Of a stretch of 64,000 nt of DNA, positions 52,833 through 61,947 are shown in pieces. Position 1 is the first letter of the stretch. Every line of letters begins with the position of its first letter. The stretch is from a virus, in the IMG/VR virus record IMGVR_UViG_3300045988_140928, positions 64,001 to 128,000 of that record; one strand, given 5' to 3'. The notes under the pieces were generated by a model, which was not told the DNA's origin, searched no databases, and saw only the letters and a program-made list of their open reading frames with translations. Made by a program: the position numbers and the translations under genes.

Positions 52833-53318
52833 ATGAAAATTAATGAATTTATTAAAAGAGTAAACAGACTATTTTATGCGGAATATTCTTATGACAGCAA
52901 TACCATTTACGTATATAGAACAGAGCAAGATATGTGTGATGAGAATAAATATGATGATACGTATTACTTCATGAGTGTTAAGGCCTGCGATAACAGATTT
53001 TATCCACTCTTTGATTCTGATTGGATGCCAGAGGATGTCAAGGGATTGTCTTTGCTTTTTGGCTTACTTCGAGAGTTAGAAGATACACCCGTTAAGGATC
53101 GTTTCCCAGAGAAGAAATACCGTTTACGCTGGATTAATAATAAGGATGGTAGCTCAAAATATATAGATCGTGGCTCTAATGGTAATTGGGATATGTGGGG
53201 TGTTAAAAATTCCGTAAAGACCTTTACTGAATCAGAAATAGAGCAATTAAAGAAAGACTATCCACACTTTGCATCCGTAATTGATATAATGAAAGAACCA
53301 GCAGAGGAGGAAGAATAA
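52833..53318 (+). CDS. hypothetical protein
   Basis: Start moved to the ATG after AGGAGGAAGAATA. The same SD string recurs at 53318 and 53668. Confidence 0.6.
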   Translation: MKINEFIKRVNRLFYAEYSYDSNTIYVYRTEQDMCDENKYDDTYYFMSVKACDNRFYPLFDSDWMPEDVKGLSLLFGLLRELEDTPVKDRFPEKKYRLRWINNKDGSSKYIDRGSNGNWDMWGVKNSVKTFTESEIEQLKKDYPHFASVIDIMKEPAEEEE

Positions 53319-53668
53319 TGGTATTTGATAAGCAAGAACTAAGAAAAATTATTCAAGCACCTATTTCGGTTGATATGAAGATTGATTTGCTTAATCAACT
53401 TCACCATCAAGACGCTCAAAAAACTGTTAGTGAGATGCAACAATCAATTCTTGAAGCAATAGAGAAAGTACTTAGTTCTGAAAGAGTGAAAGGTAATACA
53501 ATGCTTGACTCTGAACACGCTGATCAATTCTTACCTGATGCATTGGCATTTTCAAAGAAAAAAGAATTAACTGTTCAATCTCTCCAACGTACTTTTAAAA
53601 TCGGATACAATCGGGCAAATCAATTATTAGCACAATGCAAGCGAGTAATGAATGAGGAGGAAGAATAA
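53318..53668 (+). CDS. FtsK-gamma-like winged-helix protein
   Basis: ..LTVQSLQRTFKIGYNRANQLLAQ.. matches the FtsK gamma pattern (LQR.f.IGYNRA..l.d.l). Confidence 0.55.
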   Translation: MVFDKQELRKIIQAPISVDMKIDLLNQLHHQDAQKTVSEMQQSILEAIEKVLSSERVKGNTMLDSEHADQFLPDALAFSKKKELTVQSLQRTFKIGYNRANQLLAQCKRVMNEEEE

Positions 53669-53931
53669 TGACCAACGAAGAATTTATAACGATGGCGAAA
53701 CTAAAGGTTAAGAAATATACATATAAAAACGTTGCTAAAGACGGTACCTCACTCTTTCATGTTTATGTAGTGTGGCAGGCTAAGATTTTACAAAATTACA
53801 AAGCTCTATTAGCCACTGATATTGAAGGCGACCAGCATTATTACGAAGCAACTTATAATGGAGATAAGAAGCAACTCTACTTAGACGTTTATAACAAACA
53901 AGAAAATAAATGTTTTGAGGTGGACGACTAA
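53668..53931 (+). CDS. hypothetical protein
   Basis: 87 aa. Confidence 0.55.
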   Translation: MTNEEFITMAKLKVKKYTYKNVAKDGTSLFHVYVVWQAKILQNYKALLATDIEGDQHYYEATYNGDKKQLYLDVYNKQENKCFEVDD

Positions 53932-54125
53932 TGTTAACAACACAAGCACGTTTAGCGATGAAGAACAAACAACCTGTTAGATTAGTCGGTGACTTATATA
54001 ATATCTTAGAGATTAAACATGTTAATGGTACAAAAAAGATGGTTGCTACAATTAAGAAAGTAGGGCTGGCAGAATATAGGTATAAGCCAATAGATGTCGA
54101 TGTTGATTATTTAGAACTAGCATAG
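53931..54125 (+). CDS. hypothetical protein
   Basis: 64 aa. Last gene of the plus-strand block. Confidence 0.5.
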   Translation: MLTTQARLAMKNKQPVRLVGDLYNILEIKHVNGTKKMVATIKKVGLAEYRYKPIDVDVDYLELA

Positions 54126-54158
54126 TCATGATTAGAGTTATAATGAATAGCATATTGG

Positions 54159-54200
54159 AGACCAAAAATTTTATGATCAGATTTTGGTCTTTTTTATTTT
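54159..54200 (+). terminator. rho-independent terminator ending the plus-strand block
   Basis: AGACCAAAA-loop-TTTTGGTCT followed by TTTTTATTTT. Confidence 0.7.
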
Positions 54201-54504
54201 GCTTTCTTATTCAAATTAACACATATTAAGAAGATGGGGGTGTACTATGGGAGCTATTGGTTATTGGTTATCAGTTCATGAATCGACAGTTCTTGAAACC
54301 AAGCCCTTTTTTATTTTTGGTAACTAATAAGATTAAGACTAAATAGTGTTCATGAATTGGTAGGAAACGTTAGAATTTACAAAATATTTTTCTTATGACC
54401 CTAGGCAGAAGAATTGACCACCCTGCCAGTACCTAGCCTTCAAGATTAACGGGGGTGAGGTCTTAACTACCTAACCTAGACACCGAAACCAGAAATCCTA
54501 CTCA

Positions 54505-54546
54505 GCAAAATAAAAAAGCTCCTTCGGTAAAATTACCAAGGGAGCT
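54505..54546 (-). terminator. rho-independent terminator ending the minus-strand early block
   Basis: Minus strand reads AGCTCCCTTGG-loop-CCGAAGGAGCT followed by TTTTTTATTTT. Confidence 0.7.
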
Positions 54547-54557
54547 AAAATCAAGTT

Positions 54558-54770
54558 TTAAATTAGATTAAATTTTAATTTTAAGAATAGGACAAGCAAG
54601 AATACAAACGCACCAGCAAAGCTGAATAGTATAGTACAAATACCAGCGCAAGCAGTCGAGTAGTCAATATTGAGTAGTTTAGCAGTAGTTTTACAAGTTA
54701 GCTCAAGCAAGCTAACCAAAGCACTAGCAAGCAAATAGAATAAGTTATAAACACCAATTAATAAAGTCAT
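54558..54770 (-). CDS. small membrane protein (2 TM)
   Basis: GAAAAGGAAG SD and its own consensus promoter. 70 aa. Confidence 0.6.
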   Translation of the reverse strand: MTLLIGVYNLFYLLASALVSLLELTCKTTAKLLNIDYSTACAGICTILFSFAGAFVFLLVLFLKLKFNLI

Positions 54771-54804
54771 TTTAATATACTTCCTTTTCTTTATCTTACA
54801 CCAT

Positions 54805-54833
54805 TATAATACAATAAGCATTTTATATTGTCA
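54805..54833 (-). promoter_or_regulatory. early sigma-A-type promoter
   Basis: Minus strand reads TTGACA-17 nt-TATTAT. Confidence 0.65.
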
Positions 54834-54853
54834 ATATATAATAATAAAAATAA

Positions 54854-56290
54854 AGCCTAATTATTTATATAACCTTAATTCTTTATATAAGCCATTCTGA
54901 TCCGTTTTAATCTAATAAGGTATAATTAACCATTAGCATATAAAAGCAAGCTGAGACAAGCTAACAGGCTTAAATAAGCATAGATTGAGTTAAATAGATA
55001 AGGATAAAGGGGATGAAATAAAATAATGTTGCAATTGCAACAATCCATCCACTGCATAGATAAGGTTAATACAAGGCTAGATAAATAAGACAATAAGCAA
55101 GCTAACTCAGACTAATAAGATAAACAATGTATTAGCTAATATTTAGCTTAGCTTGTTATATAGTAGCTAGAATAGCCCTAATTTCTGTTTTAAGCCGTTC
55201 TAAGGAGTTTTATCGTGGTTTAGGTATAATTTATCATTAAAGCACTTAAACGAGCTTATACGAGCTGATATAAAGAAATAGATTGAATAGATAAATAGTA
55301 GCTTGAATAAGACAAGGAATAAGGATATATCAGATAATACATAATAGATTAATACAGTATTAAGCTAGTCTTATATAAGCTAATACAAGTAGATAATAAG
55401 TTAATTATTAGGAAGCAAGCCTAGTTGTTAAATTGGTCTAATTTTTGTGAACGTTGATATAAAAGCATTTTTTATTTTGTAACCCTATGATTTTTTAACT
55501 CGAAAATAATTGGTCTATGTATTGACTATTTAAGCTATCTATGTTATTATAATATTGAAAGATAAATAGCACTAGCCCAGATAGCTGATAAGGGAAACAA
55601 GTTAATTTAACTTGTTGTTGATAGCTAGATATATTTAGAGTAGTAGATACTTTCTTAGAATTTAAGTATAGATCTCCCTCGAACCTATACATCCACCGTA
55701 TAGCCCTAATCAATTCAAGCTATATTCTGTCCTTAATGTTACAGCCCATTTTATTCAGTTGTTTAGCTAGTCTTATTATCGCTTCACTTCCTTTCCTTAT
55801 CTTTCAGTTATATTATAGCACAATGTTATCATTTTGACAACGGATTTATAGAAATAATTGGACCGATCCACTTGTTGAGAATGCTATTATGCCAGCCTTT
55901 ACAAGCCTTTTTTGCCCTTAAAATTTATCAACTGTTAAAATATTTTTATTAATTTATTTATATGTTTTTAGCTTCATTATGTATTGCCCCTATATAGCTA
56001 GTATTGAGTTGTTCTAGTTCTATATGGGGTTATTATTCTTCATTATTGTTATTAATAGTCTGCATTAGCTTATATTAGGCTTGTTTTGAACTTGTTTTAG
56101 TCTAATTAAGGCTTTTTATTGCTGTTTTTAAGTCTTTTATTAGGCTTTTTCTTGTTTTAGTTAGTGAAATTTGTCACTAATTCCTCTCTTTGCCCTTATC
56201 TTTTATATATAAAATATAAAGGGTAAAAACCCGTTAAACGCTGGTATTACAACGTTCCTTGTTTTTACCCTTATTTGTGAAATATTTAAC
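54854..56290. other. 1.4-kb ORF-free, repeat-rich spacer with a strand-composition switch
   Basis: The + strand is purine-rich over 54.94-55.48 kb and pyrimidine-rich over 55.9-56.2 kb. AGCC(C)TAAT-type words occur at 54854 and 55174 (+ orientation) and at 56074, 56105 and 56139 (inverted). Two degenerate units of about 320 bp lie at 54860-55170 and 55175-55480. Confidence 0.5.
55812..55840 (-). promoter_or_regulatory. orphan early-type promoter (no ORF downstream)
   Basis: Minus strand reads TTGTCA-17 nt-TATAAT with TGn. It is followed by a GGAAAGGAAG SD, but only GTG-AAG-CGA-TAA. Confidence 0.55.
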
Positions 56291-56299
56291 TTTTTTTCT

Positions 56300-56626
56300 T
56301 TATTTCTGAAATAGCTTGAATTCTTTATTCAATCGTTGTGTTAATTCAAACAATATACCAGATAACTTATTGTTTAATTCCTTGTATTCTGCATTATCAT
56401 ACTTTAACAAGGTAGAACTTAAATTGTGTAAATCTCGATAGTATACACTGTCAATATAATAAAGCTCGTCTTCTTTCACTAGTGCTAAATCACCTGTCTT
56501 TAAGTTATTATAGTTTTGACTAATATAATAGTTATTAGTGTTTTTAAAGTAATTAACCTTTACTTTGTCTTGATTGTTGTTAATTCCAATAACAGTTACT
56601 TCTTTCTGTTCCATTTCTTGTTTCAT
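56300..56626 (-). CDS. hypothetical early protein
   Basis: Start trimmed to MKQEMEQKE (AAGAGG SD). Confidence 0.6.
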   Translation of the reverse strand: MKQEMEQKEVTVIGINNNQDKVKVNYFKNTNNYYISQNYNNLKTGDLALVKEDELYYIDSVYYRDLHNLSSTLLKYDNAEYKELNNKLSGILFELTQRLNKEFKLFQK

Positions 56627-56657
56627 TGTTATACCTCTTTTCTTTATTTTCAATTAT

Positions 56658-56686
56658 ATTATACCGTGTTTTATTTACTTTGTCAA
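56658..56686 (-). promoter_or_regulatory. early sigma-A consensus promoter
   Basis: Minus strand reads TTGACA-17 nt-TATAAT. Confidence 0.7.
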
Positions 56687-57043
56687 CTCTCAATTATAGT
56701 GTTTATTTGGATCACAATAGCATAAGGAAGTCAAGGCTTTTGCTTGATAAAGTTATAAAGTTATGCTTGGTTAAATTATGTTGTATTTGCAACAATTTTA
56801 ATTTCTATTATTTGACTTTGCCAGCGAAAAGAGGTAGGGCTGAAAAGTATTTTTATTTATGCTTTGTGTTTTATGCTTTATGCTTAATACTAACTTATGT
56901 ATCTTTTTGACCTATCATTTTTAGCTTATCATTTTAAGGCTGGACTGATATAATTTTTCTAGCTTATACTCTTAAAAGCTGAATATATCTTTAGGGCTGA
57001 ATAATGTTTTTATACTTCCCTTTTATCTTTATTAATACATACT

Positions 57044-57070
57044 AAAAAAGAGTTGAACTCAATCAACCCT
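57044..57070 (-). terminator. rho-independent terminator
   Basis: Minus strand reads AGGGTTGA-ttgagt-TCAACTCT followed by TTTTTT. Confidence 0.6.
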
Positions 57071-57073
57071 TTA

Positions 57074-57364
57074 TCAACTAAATACCTTTTGGTAATAAGC
57101 AAGTAAATTATCTACTTGTTTATTATTATAACAATCTAGTATTAGCTTATTTTTACCACTAACATAAAATCCCTTACCATTAATAATTGTGTTGTGTCCT
57201 TGTAAAGTGAGTTTTGCTTTGGTCATATCTTTAACAACGATTGTTAATTTACAACCGGGAACAACTTCACCGAATGAATTCCGTACACGATATTCTCCCC
57301 GTTCTACTGCTAATTCAGTTGTGGGGTCAAACTTTACAAGTTCAAATTTAATTACATTATTCAT
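57074..57364 (-). CDS. hypothetical early protein
   Basis: 96 aa; AAGGTAGG SD. Confidence 0.6.
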   Translation of the reverse strand: MNNVIKFELVKFDPTTELAVERGEYRVRNSFGEVVPGCKLTIVVKDMTKAKLTLQGHNTIINGKGFYVSGKNKLILDCYNNKQVDNLLAYYQKVFS

Positions 57365-57389
57365 TTTATTTACCTACCTTTTTTTCTTA

Positions 57390-57698
57390 TTAATAGTCAT
57401 ATTCTGCACGTTGTAAACCAAGATAAATACAAGTATTATCTTTTGTTTTAGCAAAACTCTTGTATAAATAATTGTCTTGGTTATCCATTGTATAGGCTTC
57501 GCCCATGCAAAAGGATTGAATAAAGCTAGTATTTAATTTATTTTCTAGCTTCTTTTCTACTTCTTCCTTTAATGGTAAAGGTGGTAGAACTTCATACATT
57601 TGAGAATAGATTTCATACTCAACTTGTTGGAATTGCTTTGGTTTTAATTCTCCAGTGGCTTCGTTGTCCCAGTCTTTAACAGTGTATACATTAGTCAT
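57390..57698 (-). CDS. hypothetical early protein
   Basis: 102 aa; AAGGAAG SD; starts MTN. Confidence 0.6.
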   Translation of the reverse strand: MTNVYTVKDWDNEATGELKPKQFQQVEYEIYSQMYEVLPPLPLKEEVEKKLENKLNTSFIQSFCMGEAYTMDNQDNYLYKSFAKTKDNTCIYLGLQRAEYDY

Positions 57699-57717
57699 AA
57701 TTATTACTTCCTTTTTC

Positions 57718-58011
57718 TTAATCTTGTGCTTCTAGTTTATTAACCCGCTCAGCTAACTTTTTAGCTAACTCTTGATTAGGACCATTGAAAATAACTTCTT
57801 CTTGTTCCCTTGGGGTTAATAGTTGCCAACCGCCTTTTTGATAAGGCTTGTGGGTTACAATCATATTATAAGGGGTAAGGTTAGCGATGTCGTCAATTTT
57901 CCTCCACTCAAAAAATGCTTTTACCTTAAGATAAGATGAAACCATTCCAGCTAATTTATGGTATTTATCACAAACGAACAAATCCATTGTTTCTTTTTCT
58001 GTTAACGTCAT
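57718..58011 (-). CDS. hypothetical early protein
   Basis: 97 aa; first gene behind cassette A copy 1. Confidence 0.6.
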   Translation of the reverse strand: MTLTEKETMDLFVCDKYHKLAGMVSSYLKVKAFFEWRKIDDIANLTPYNMIVTHKPYQKGGWQLLTPREQEEVIFNGPNQELAKKLAERVNKLEAQD

Positions 58012-58176
58012 AATTATTACTTCCTTTTCTTTATTCCTTATTACATTATTATAATAACATTGATTGTTAAGGTTGTCAACCCTTATTTCTAAATAATTAA
58101 GGATTTAAGCTCAATCCTTGAAATAACCTTTGCTTCATTACATTATTATAATAACATTGAATGTTATTATAGTCAA
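58007..58176 (-). repeat. early cassette A, copy 1: P1 (58148-58176) - hairpin - P2 (58051-58079) - SD - ATG
   Basis: 170 bp identical to 59623-59792 as far as I can read. Both promoters are TTGAC(A/T)-17 nt-TATTAT. Hairpin AAGGATT-gagctta-AATCCTT lies between them. Confidence 0.85.
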
Positions 58177-58189
58177 CGGATATTACATA

Positions 58190-58579
58190 TTATTTTGCAG
58201 GAATTTGAAAATCTTTATCTTTTAGGAACTCCAAAGAGTCATACAGATTATAAGAGTGTCCGTATTCCCGTTGGTTAGTTAGTAAATCAATAAATACATT
58301 ATCAATAAAGATATAATTATCAAAGATTGTTAGCATTCTCTTATAACGGGGTTGCCAAACTAGTAGACAACTGGAAAAGTTAGGTGCATAAATCTTAATA
58401 GTGTCAATCTTAATCACTTGTTTTAATTCATAGTCAAGCCCCTTGAAAGTAATTAAGTTAGTTTCTGAATCTGGCTTTGTGTAGTCGTCCATTTTAATCA
58501 TGTATGAACGGTAAAAGCTATACATAGATTTAGGCTTGTTTTGTGGCTTGATTTTGAAAAAGTCTTTTAATGTTAGCAT
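58190..58579 (-). CDS. hypothetical early protein
   Basis: Start at the second ATG, which has better spacing to the AAGGGGG SD. Confidence 0.6.
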   Translation of the reverse strand: MLTLKDFFKIKPQNKPKSMYSFYRSYMIKMDDYTKPDSETNLITFKGLDYELKQVIKIDTIKIYAPNFSSCLLVWQPRYKRMLTIFDNYIFIDNVFIDLLTNQREYGHSYNLYDSLEFLKDKDFQIPAK

Positions 58580-58592
58580 AGTCATACCCCCT

Positions 58593-58790
58593 TTATCTTC
58601 TCATCCAAAGTGGTGTCATAATCGTTATAAAAATAATAATCCACCAGTTAGCGGGGTCAAGCATAGACAAAACAACAATAGGAACGGCAAGAATTAACAA
58701 ACAGATAATAATTAGCTTCTTAGCCTTTTTATAGGCTTCGGGTATTTGTTGGTCGTGTACGTATTTACGGCGGTTGTCCCTCTCATTCAT
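58593..58790 (-). CDS. small membrane protein
   Basis: 65 aa, two hydrophobic segments. Confidence 0.55.
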   Translation of the reverse strand: MNERDNRRKYVHDQQIPEAYKKAKKLIIICLLILAVPIVVLSMLDPANWWIIIFITIMTPLWMRR

Positions 58791-58806
58791 AATTACACCT
58801 TCTTAA

Positions 58807-59097
58807 TTATCTACTTTCAATTAATGATTCTACTGTGTTAAGGCTGTCAGTAATTACTTGACTAACCTTTTTTAATTCTTCTTCAGTAGGGTTATTACGA
58901 TTGATTAGCAACTTGTGTGCCCCGTTGTTGTTAGTCGTATAAATTAATACATCGTTTTGGTCGGCGCTGTCATAATCAAAAAGCCAGTGACCTTCATAAT
59001 AAACATTTAACAAATCAAGGTCGATTGTAATATCATCGCCTTCAAGTGCAAAGTCTACAAGTTCCATGATTTTATTAGTTAGCTCTACATTAGTCAT
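58807..59097 (-). CDS. hypothetical acidic early protein
   Basis: 96 aa; behind cassette B copy 1. Confidence 0.6.
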   Translation of the reverse strand: MTNVELTNKIMELVDFALEGDDITIDLDLLNVYYEGHWLFDYDSADQNDVLIYTTNNNGAHKLLINRNNPTEEELKKVSQVITDSLNTVESLIESR

Positions 59098-59222
59098 TTT
59101 ATTTACTTCCTTTTCTTAATTAATAAAGTCTAAACAATTAAGAGTTTAAGCTTAACTCTTGAAATAATCCTTGTTCCTTATTACATTATTATAATAACAT
59201 TGAATTGTTATTAAGTCAATAG
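59090..59222 (-). repeat. early cassette B, copy 1: promoter (59191-59219) - leader hairpin - SD - ATG
   Basis: 133 bp matching 60198-60330. TTGACT-17 nt-TATTAT. Leader hairpin AAGAGTT-aagctta-AACTCTT. Confidence 0.85.
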
Positions 59223-59228
59223 ATAAGG

Positions 59229-59627
59229 TTAAAAATTAGCTACTGCATTAACTAAACTAGACAATAATTCTTCTCCAGTTTTTGCGATTGTAATGGTTTT
59301 GTCCTCTACTTCTACAACTCTCCACCATTCATCTTTAGCTAATGAATCTACATTAACTTCATAGATTCCGAGGGCGTTTGCTTGCACTTTATCATAGTTA
59401 ACTTTTAGTTCCCATTTTTGGGTATATTGTGAAATATAATCAAGCGCAATCTTTGAACCAACCTTGACACTTGTAACAATATCCAAGGCCTTATCATATT
59501 CAGCTTCAGAAGCAAGGTCAAAGGCTACTGCTAACCAGTCTAGTTGCTTCAATGCTTTTACATTGTCTTTGTATAATTCTTTTTTAAGTTCCAAGTTTTG
59601 GTTAAATGCTTTTGTAGTGTTAGTCAT
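59229..59627 (-). CDS. hypothetical early protein
   Basis: 132 aa; behind cassette A copy 2. Confidence 0.6.
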   Translation of the reverse strand: MTNTTKAFNQNLELKKELYKDNVKALKQLDWLAVAFDLASEAEYDKALDIVTSVKVGSKIALDYISQYTQKWELKVNYDKVQANALGIYEVNVDSLAKDEWWRVVEVEDKTITIAKTGEELLSSLVNAVANF

Positions 59628-59792
59628 AATTATTACTTCCTTTTCTTTATTCCTTATTACATTATTATAATAACATTGATTGTTAAGGTTGTCAACCCTT
59701 ATTTCTAAATAATTAAGGATTTAAGCTCAATCCTTGAAATAACCTTTGCTTCATTACATTATTATAATAACATTGAATGTTATTATAGTCAA
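59623..59792 (-). repeat. early cassette A, copy 2: P1 (59764-59792) - hairpin - P2 (59667-59695) - SD - ATG
   Basis: See copy 1. Confidence 0.85.
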
Positions 59793-59809
59793 TAGATATT
59801 TATAAAAAA

Positions 59810-60205
59810 TTAACTTAAAATGTTAGTGACGTAATTATCCCTTAAAGTTAGGATCTTATTGCGTTGATACAAATTGATCCCATTGACACCGATATAATCA
59901 TGTAAGATTACAGAATCAGCGTCTTCTAAATAGATGTACTTCTCACTTGCGTTATTCCAGTTATATAACCATAAAATAATAGGCGTTTCATCATTGTCAT
60001 GGTTGTTGTACCAGTCTTCGAGTTTAGTCCAGCACTCATGAAGTCCAGTTTCATCTTTTTCCATGAATTCATCGAAATCATCATCATAGATGTCCTCAAC
60101 TGTAGCATGCGCCCAGCACTCCAGACCATCAGCACTTAAGGCCTCAACTTGTGAGCTTTTTAATTCCATTTGATTAATAGCGTTCATAATTCCATTATTA
60201 GTCAT
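59810..60205 (-). CDS. hypothetical acidic early protein
   Basis: 131 aa; behind cassette B copy 2. Confidence 0.6.
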   Translation of the reverse strand: MTNNGIMNAINQMELKSSQVEALSADGLECWAHATVEDIYDDDFDEFMEKDETGLHECWTKLEDWYNNHDNDETPIILWLYNWNNASEKYIYLEDADSVILHDYIGVNGINLYQRNKILTLRDNYVTNILS

Positions 60206-60330
60206 TTTATTTACTTCCTTTTCTTAATTAATAAAGTCTAAACAATTAAGAGTTTAAGCTTAACTCTTGAAATAATCCTTGTTCCTTATTACATTATTAT
60301 AATAACATTGAATTGTTATTAAGTCAATAG
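60198..60330 (-). repeat. early cassette B, copy 2 (promoter 60299-60327)
   Basis: See copy 1. Confidence 0.85.
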
Positions 60331-60335
60331 GTTAA

Positions 60336-60704
60336 TTAAACATTTTTGACCCAAGTTAGATCAGAATCCCAGTAACTTAATAGTACTTTGGCAGTTTCAA
60401 TCGCTTTATTATGAATGTTGATAAACCATAGATATTGACCACTAGGCAATTCAGAATATGCAAAATCACCCCTCAAATAGTTACCATGATTTTTTGATAC
60501 TTCTTTAATCATTTCATTGGCTAAACTAACTTTATTCACTGTTTCATCTTCTGCAAGTGTAACAAAATCATTGAAGAACGTATCTTCTCGGTCGGATTCG
60601 TCAATGTGTGATAGTACTACTTTACAAGCGTTTTTCATTGCTGAAACGTAAGTATTAACTGCTAACTTTTGGTCCTTGCTAAATTCAACATATTTGATAA
60701 TCAT
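60336..60704 (-). CDS. hypothetical early protein
   Basis: 122 aa. Confidence 0.6.
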   Translation of the reverse strand: MIIKYVEFSKDQKLAVNTYVSAMKNACKVVLSHIDESDREDTFFNDFVTLAEDETVNKVSLANEMIKEVSKNHGNYLRGDFAYSELPSGQYLWFINIHNKAIETAKVLLSYWDSDLTWVKNV

Positions 60705-60743
60705 AATTATTACTTCCTTTTCTTTATTCCTTATTACATTATT

Positions 60744-60772
60744 ATAATAACATAGATAGTTATTACAGTCAA
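60744..60772 (-). promoter_or_regulatory. early sigma-A-type promoter
   Basis: Minus strand reads TTGACT-17 nt-TATTAT. The leader and SD are shared with cassette A. Confidence 0.65.
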
Positions 60773-60989
60773 TAGGTTAATTTAATTTTTAAGTGATTAA
60801 TTTATAATCACTTATTAAATACGCCTTATTTGATTACACCTATATAATAACATAAGATTGACAATTTGCAATCATTATTTTTATTTATTATTTAGTTTGG
60901 GAACTGTAACACTTACTCGCCCAGTTAATACATAGATTTTTATTTTCTTTTCTTCATATAATAGCAGTAATCCAAGTAAGACACGCCTT

Positions 60990-61018
60990 TATATAACACT
61001 GCTGAATAAGGAAGTCAA
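60990..61018 (-). promoter_or_regulatory. early-type promoter with no ORF before the next promoter
   Basis: Minus strand reads TTGACT-17 nt-TATATA with TGn. It lies inside the CCTTGACTTCCTTAT word that also occurs at about 56727-56741. Confidence 0.5.
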
Positions 61019-61061
61019 GGAAATAATACACATTATTTTACCTGTCTTTTTCTTAAAAAAT

Positions 61062-61141
61062 CTCTGGTACTCGAAAATTAATATAATATAAAAAGAACCC
61101 ATTTTACTGGATTCTTTCTGGTACTCAAAAATTAATATAAT
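61062..61141 (+). repeat. two copies of the 26-nt motif (C/T)TCTGGTACTC(G/A)AAAATTAATATAAT flanking a terminator
   Basis: Copies at 61062-61087 and 61116-61141. A minus-strand terminator, GAATCC-agtaaaat-GGGTTC+TTTTT (61089-61116), lies between them. Confidence 0.8.
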
Positions 61142-61142
61142 A

Positions 61143-61946
61143 TTAATCTAGTTCATTGGTAGTGGTTAACATACTAACAGCCATTGTTAGGCTACCATAC
61201 TTACCACGTAATGTAATCATTGTTCTAAGTGCACTATCCCCTTTAATAAAAGCATTTAAAGATTCTTCTGAATTAAATCCTTCTAGGCTCCCCCAAGCTT
61301 CTGAACCACACTTAACTAATGTTAGGGGCTTCGTATCTAGGTACATACGATAATCGTTTCTAATACCTGCACCATAAGCATTAAAGTAAGTAGTTCTAAT
61401 TACATTAGAGTCTAGGTCTTTAACTTCACTAAAGAAAATTGAGGCACTGCTATACATTATCATAGCGACTCGCCCTAACAATCCTAGATTAATTAATTCA
61501 AATAAGTTGTAAAAACTAATATCCTGTTCAGTCCAACTAGGTTTAATTAATGGTGTAATTAAATATTCCCGTTCACCCATTAACAGATTGAACACATATT
61601 GGTCATAGTAAAGTTGAACAATCGTATAATTATGATCTGCTACTTTAAATTCTCGATACTTGTAATAACGGGGTACCTTATTTAAGAAGGTCCATTCGTG
61701 AGGGTCTCCCTCCTCAAACAAACCAGATGGGTCATTCCTTAAATCCCATTCTAACATTTCTTGGCTTGAAAAAGTGCTGAACTGCAATAATTCAAAATTT
61801 TTACTAAAACGAGGCTGTGCAACTAAATACGTAAAGCCGTGTTGACCTACATCTTTAGCTTGGCTAATACTCATACTAATTAAATGATAGTTCTTTAGGT
61901 GGTTAGCCATAGCCCGAGATGTTTTTAATTTCTTATACGTAATCAT
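61143..61946 (-). CDS. hypothetical protein
   Basis: 267 aa. Confidence 0.65.
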   Translation of the reverse strand: MITYKKLKTSRAMANHLKNYHLISMSISQAKDVGQHGFTYLVAQPRFSKNFELLQFSTFSSQEMLEWDLRNDPSGLFEEGDPHEWTFLNKVPRYYKYREFKVADHNYTIVQLYYDQYVFNLLMGEREYLITPLIKPSWTEQDISFYNLFELINLGLLGRVAMIMYSSASIFFSEVKDLDSNVIRTTYFNAYGAGIRNDYRMYLDTKPLTLVKCGSEAWGSLEGFNSEESLNAFIKGDSALRTMITLRGKYGSLTMAVSMLTTTNELD

Positions 61947-61947
61947 A

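Noticed and set aside
54400-54500. A GC-richer, CTAG-rich segment between the convergent terminators, sharing CTAGGTTA / GGCTAGG words with the endolysin leader (21413-21460).
   Set aside because: The similarity is limited to short words. No convincing common structure or function could be derived by eye, so it is recorded only as a weak resemblance.
55495-56910. ORFs 55495-55713, 56516-56725 and 56626-56910.
   Set aside because: 55495-55713 has a TTG start without an SD inside the repeat-rich spacer. The other two are antisense to, or overlap, the early gene 56300-56626 and its promoter.
58007-60780. CRISPR-like appearance of regularly spaced repeats in the early region.
   Set aside because: The repeats are 133-170 bp and contain promoters, SDs and start codons. 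The 'spacers' are 300-400-bp protein-coding genes. No cas genes are present.
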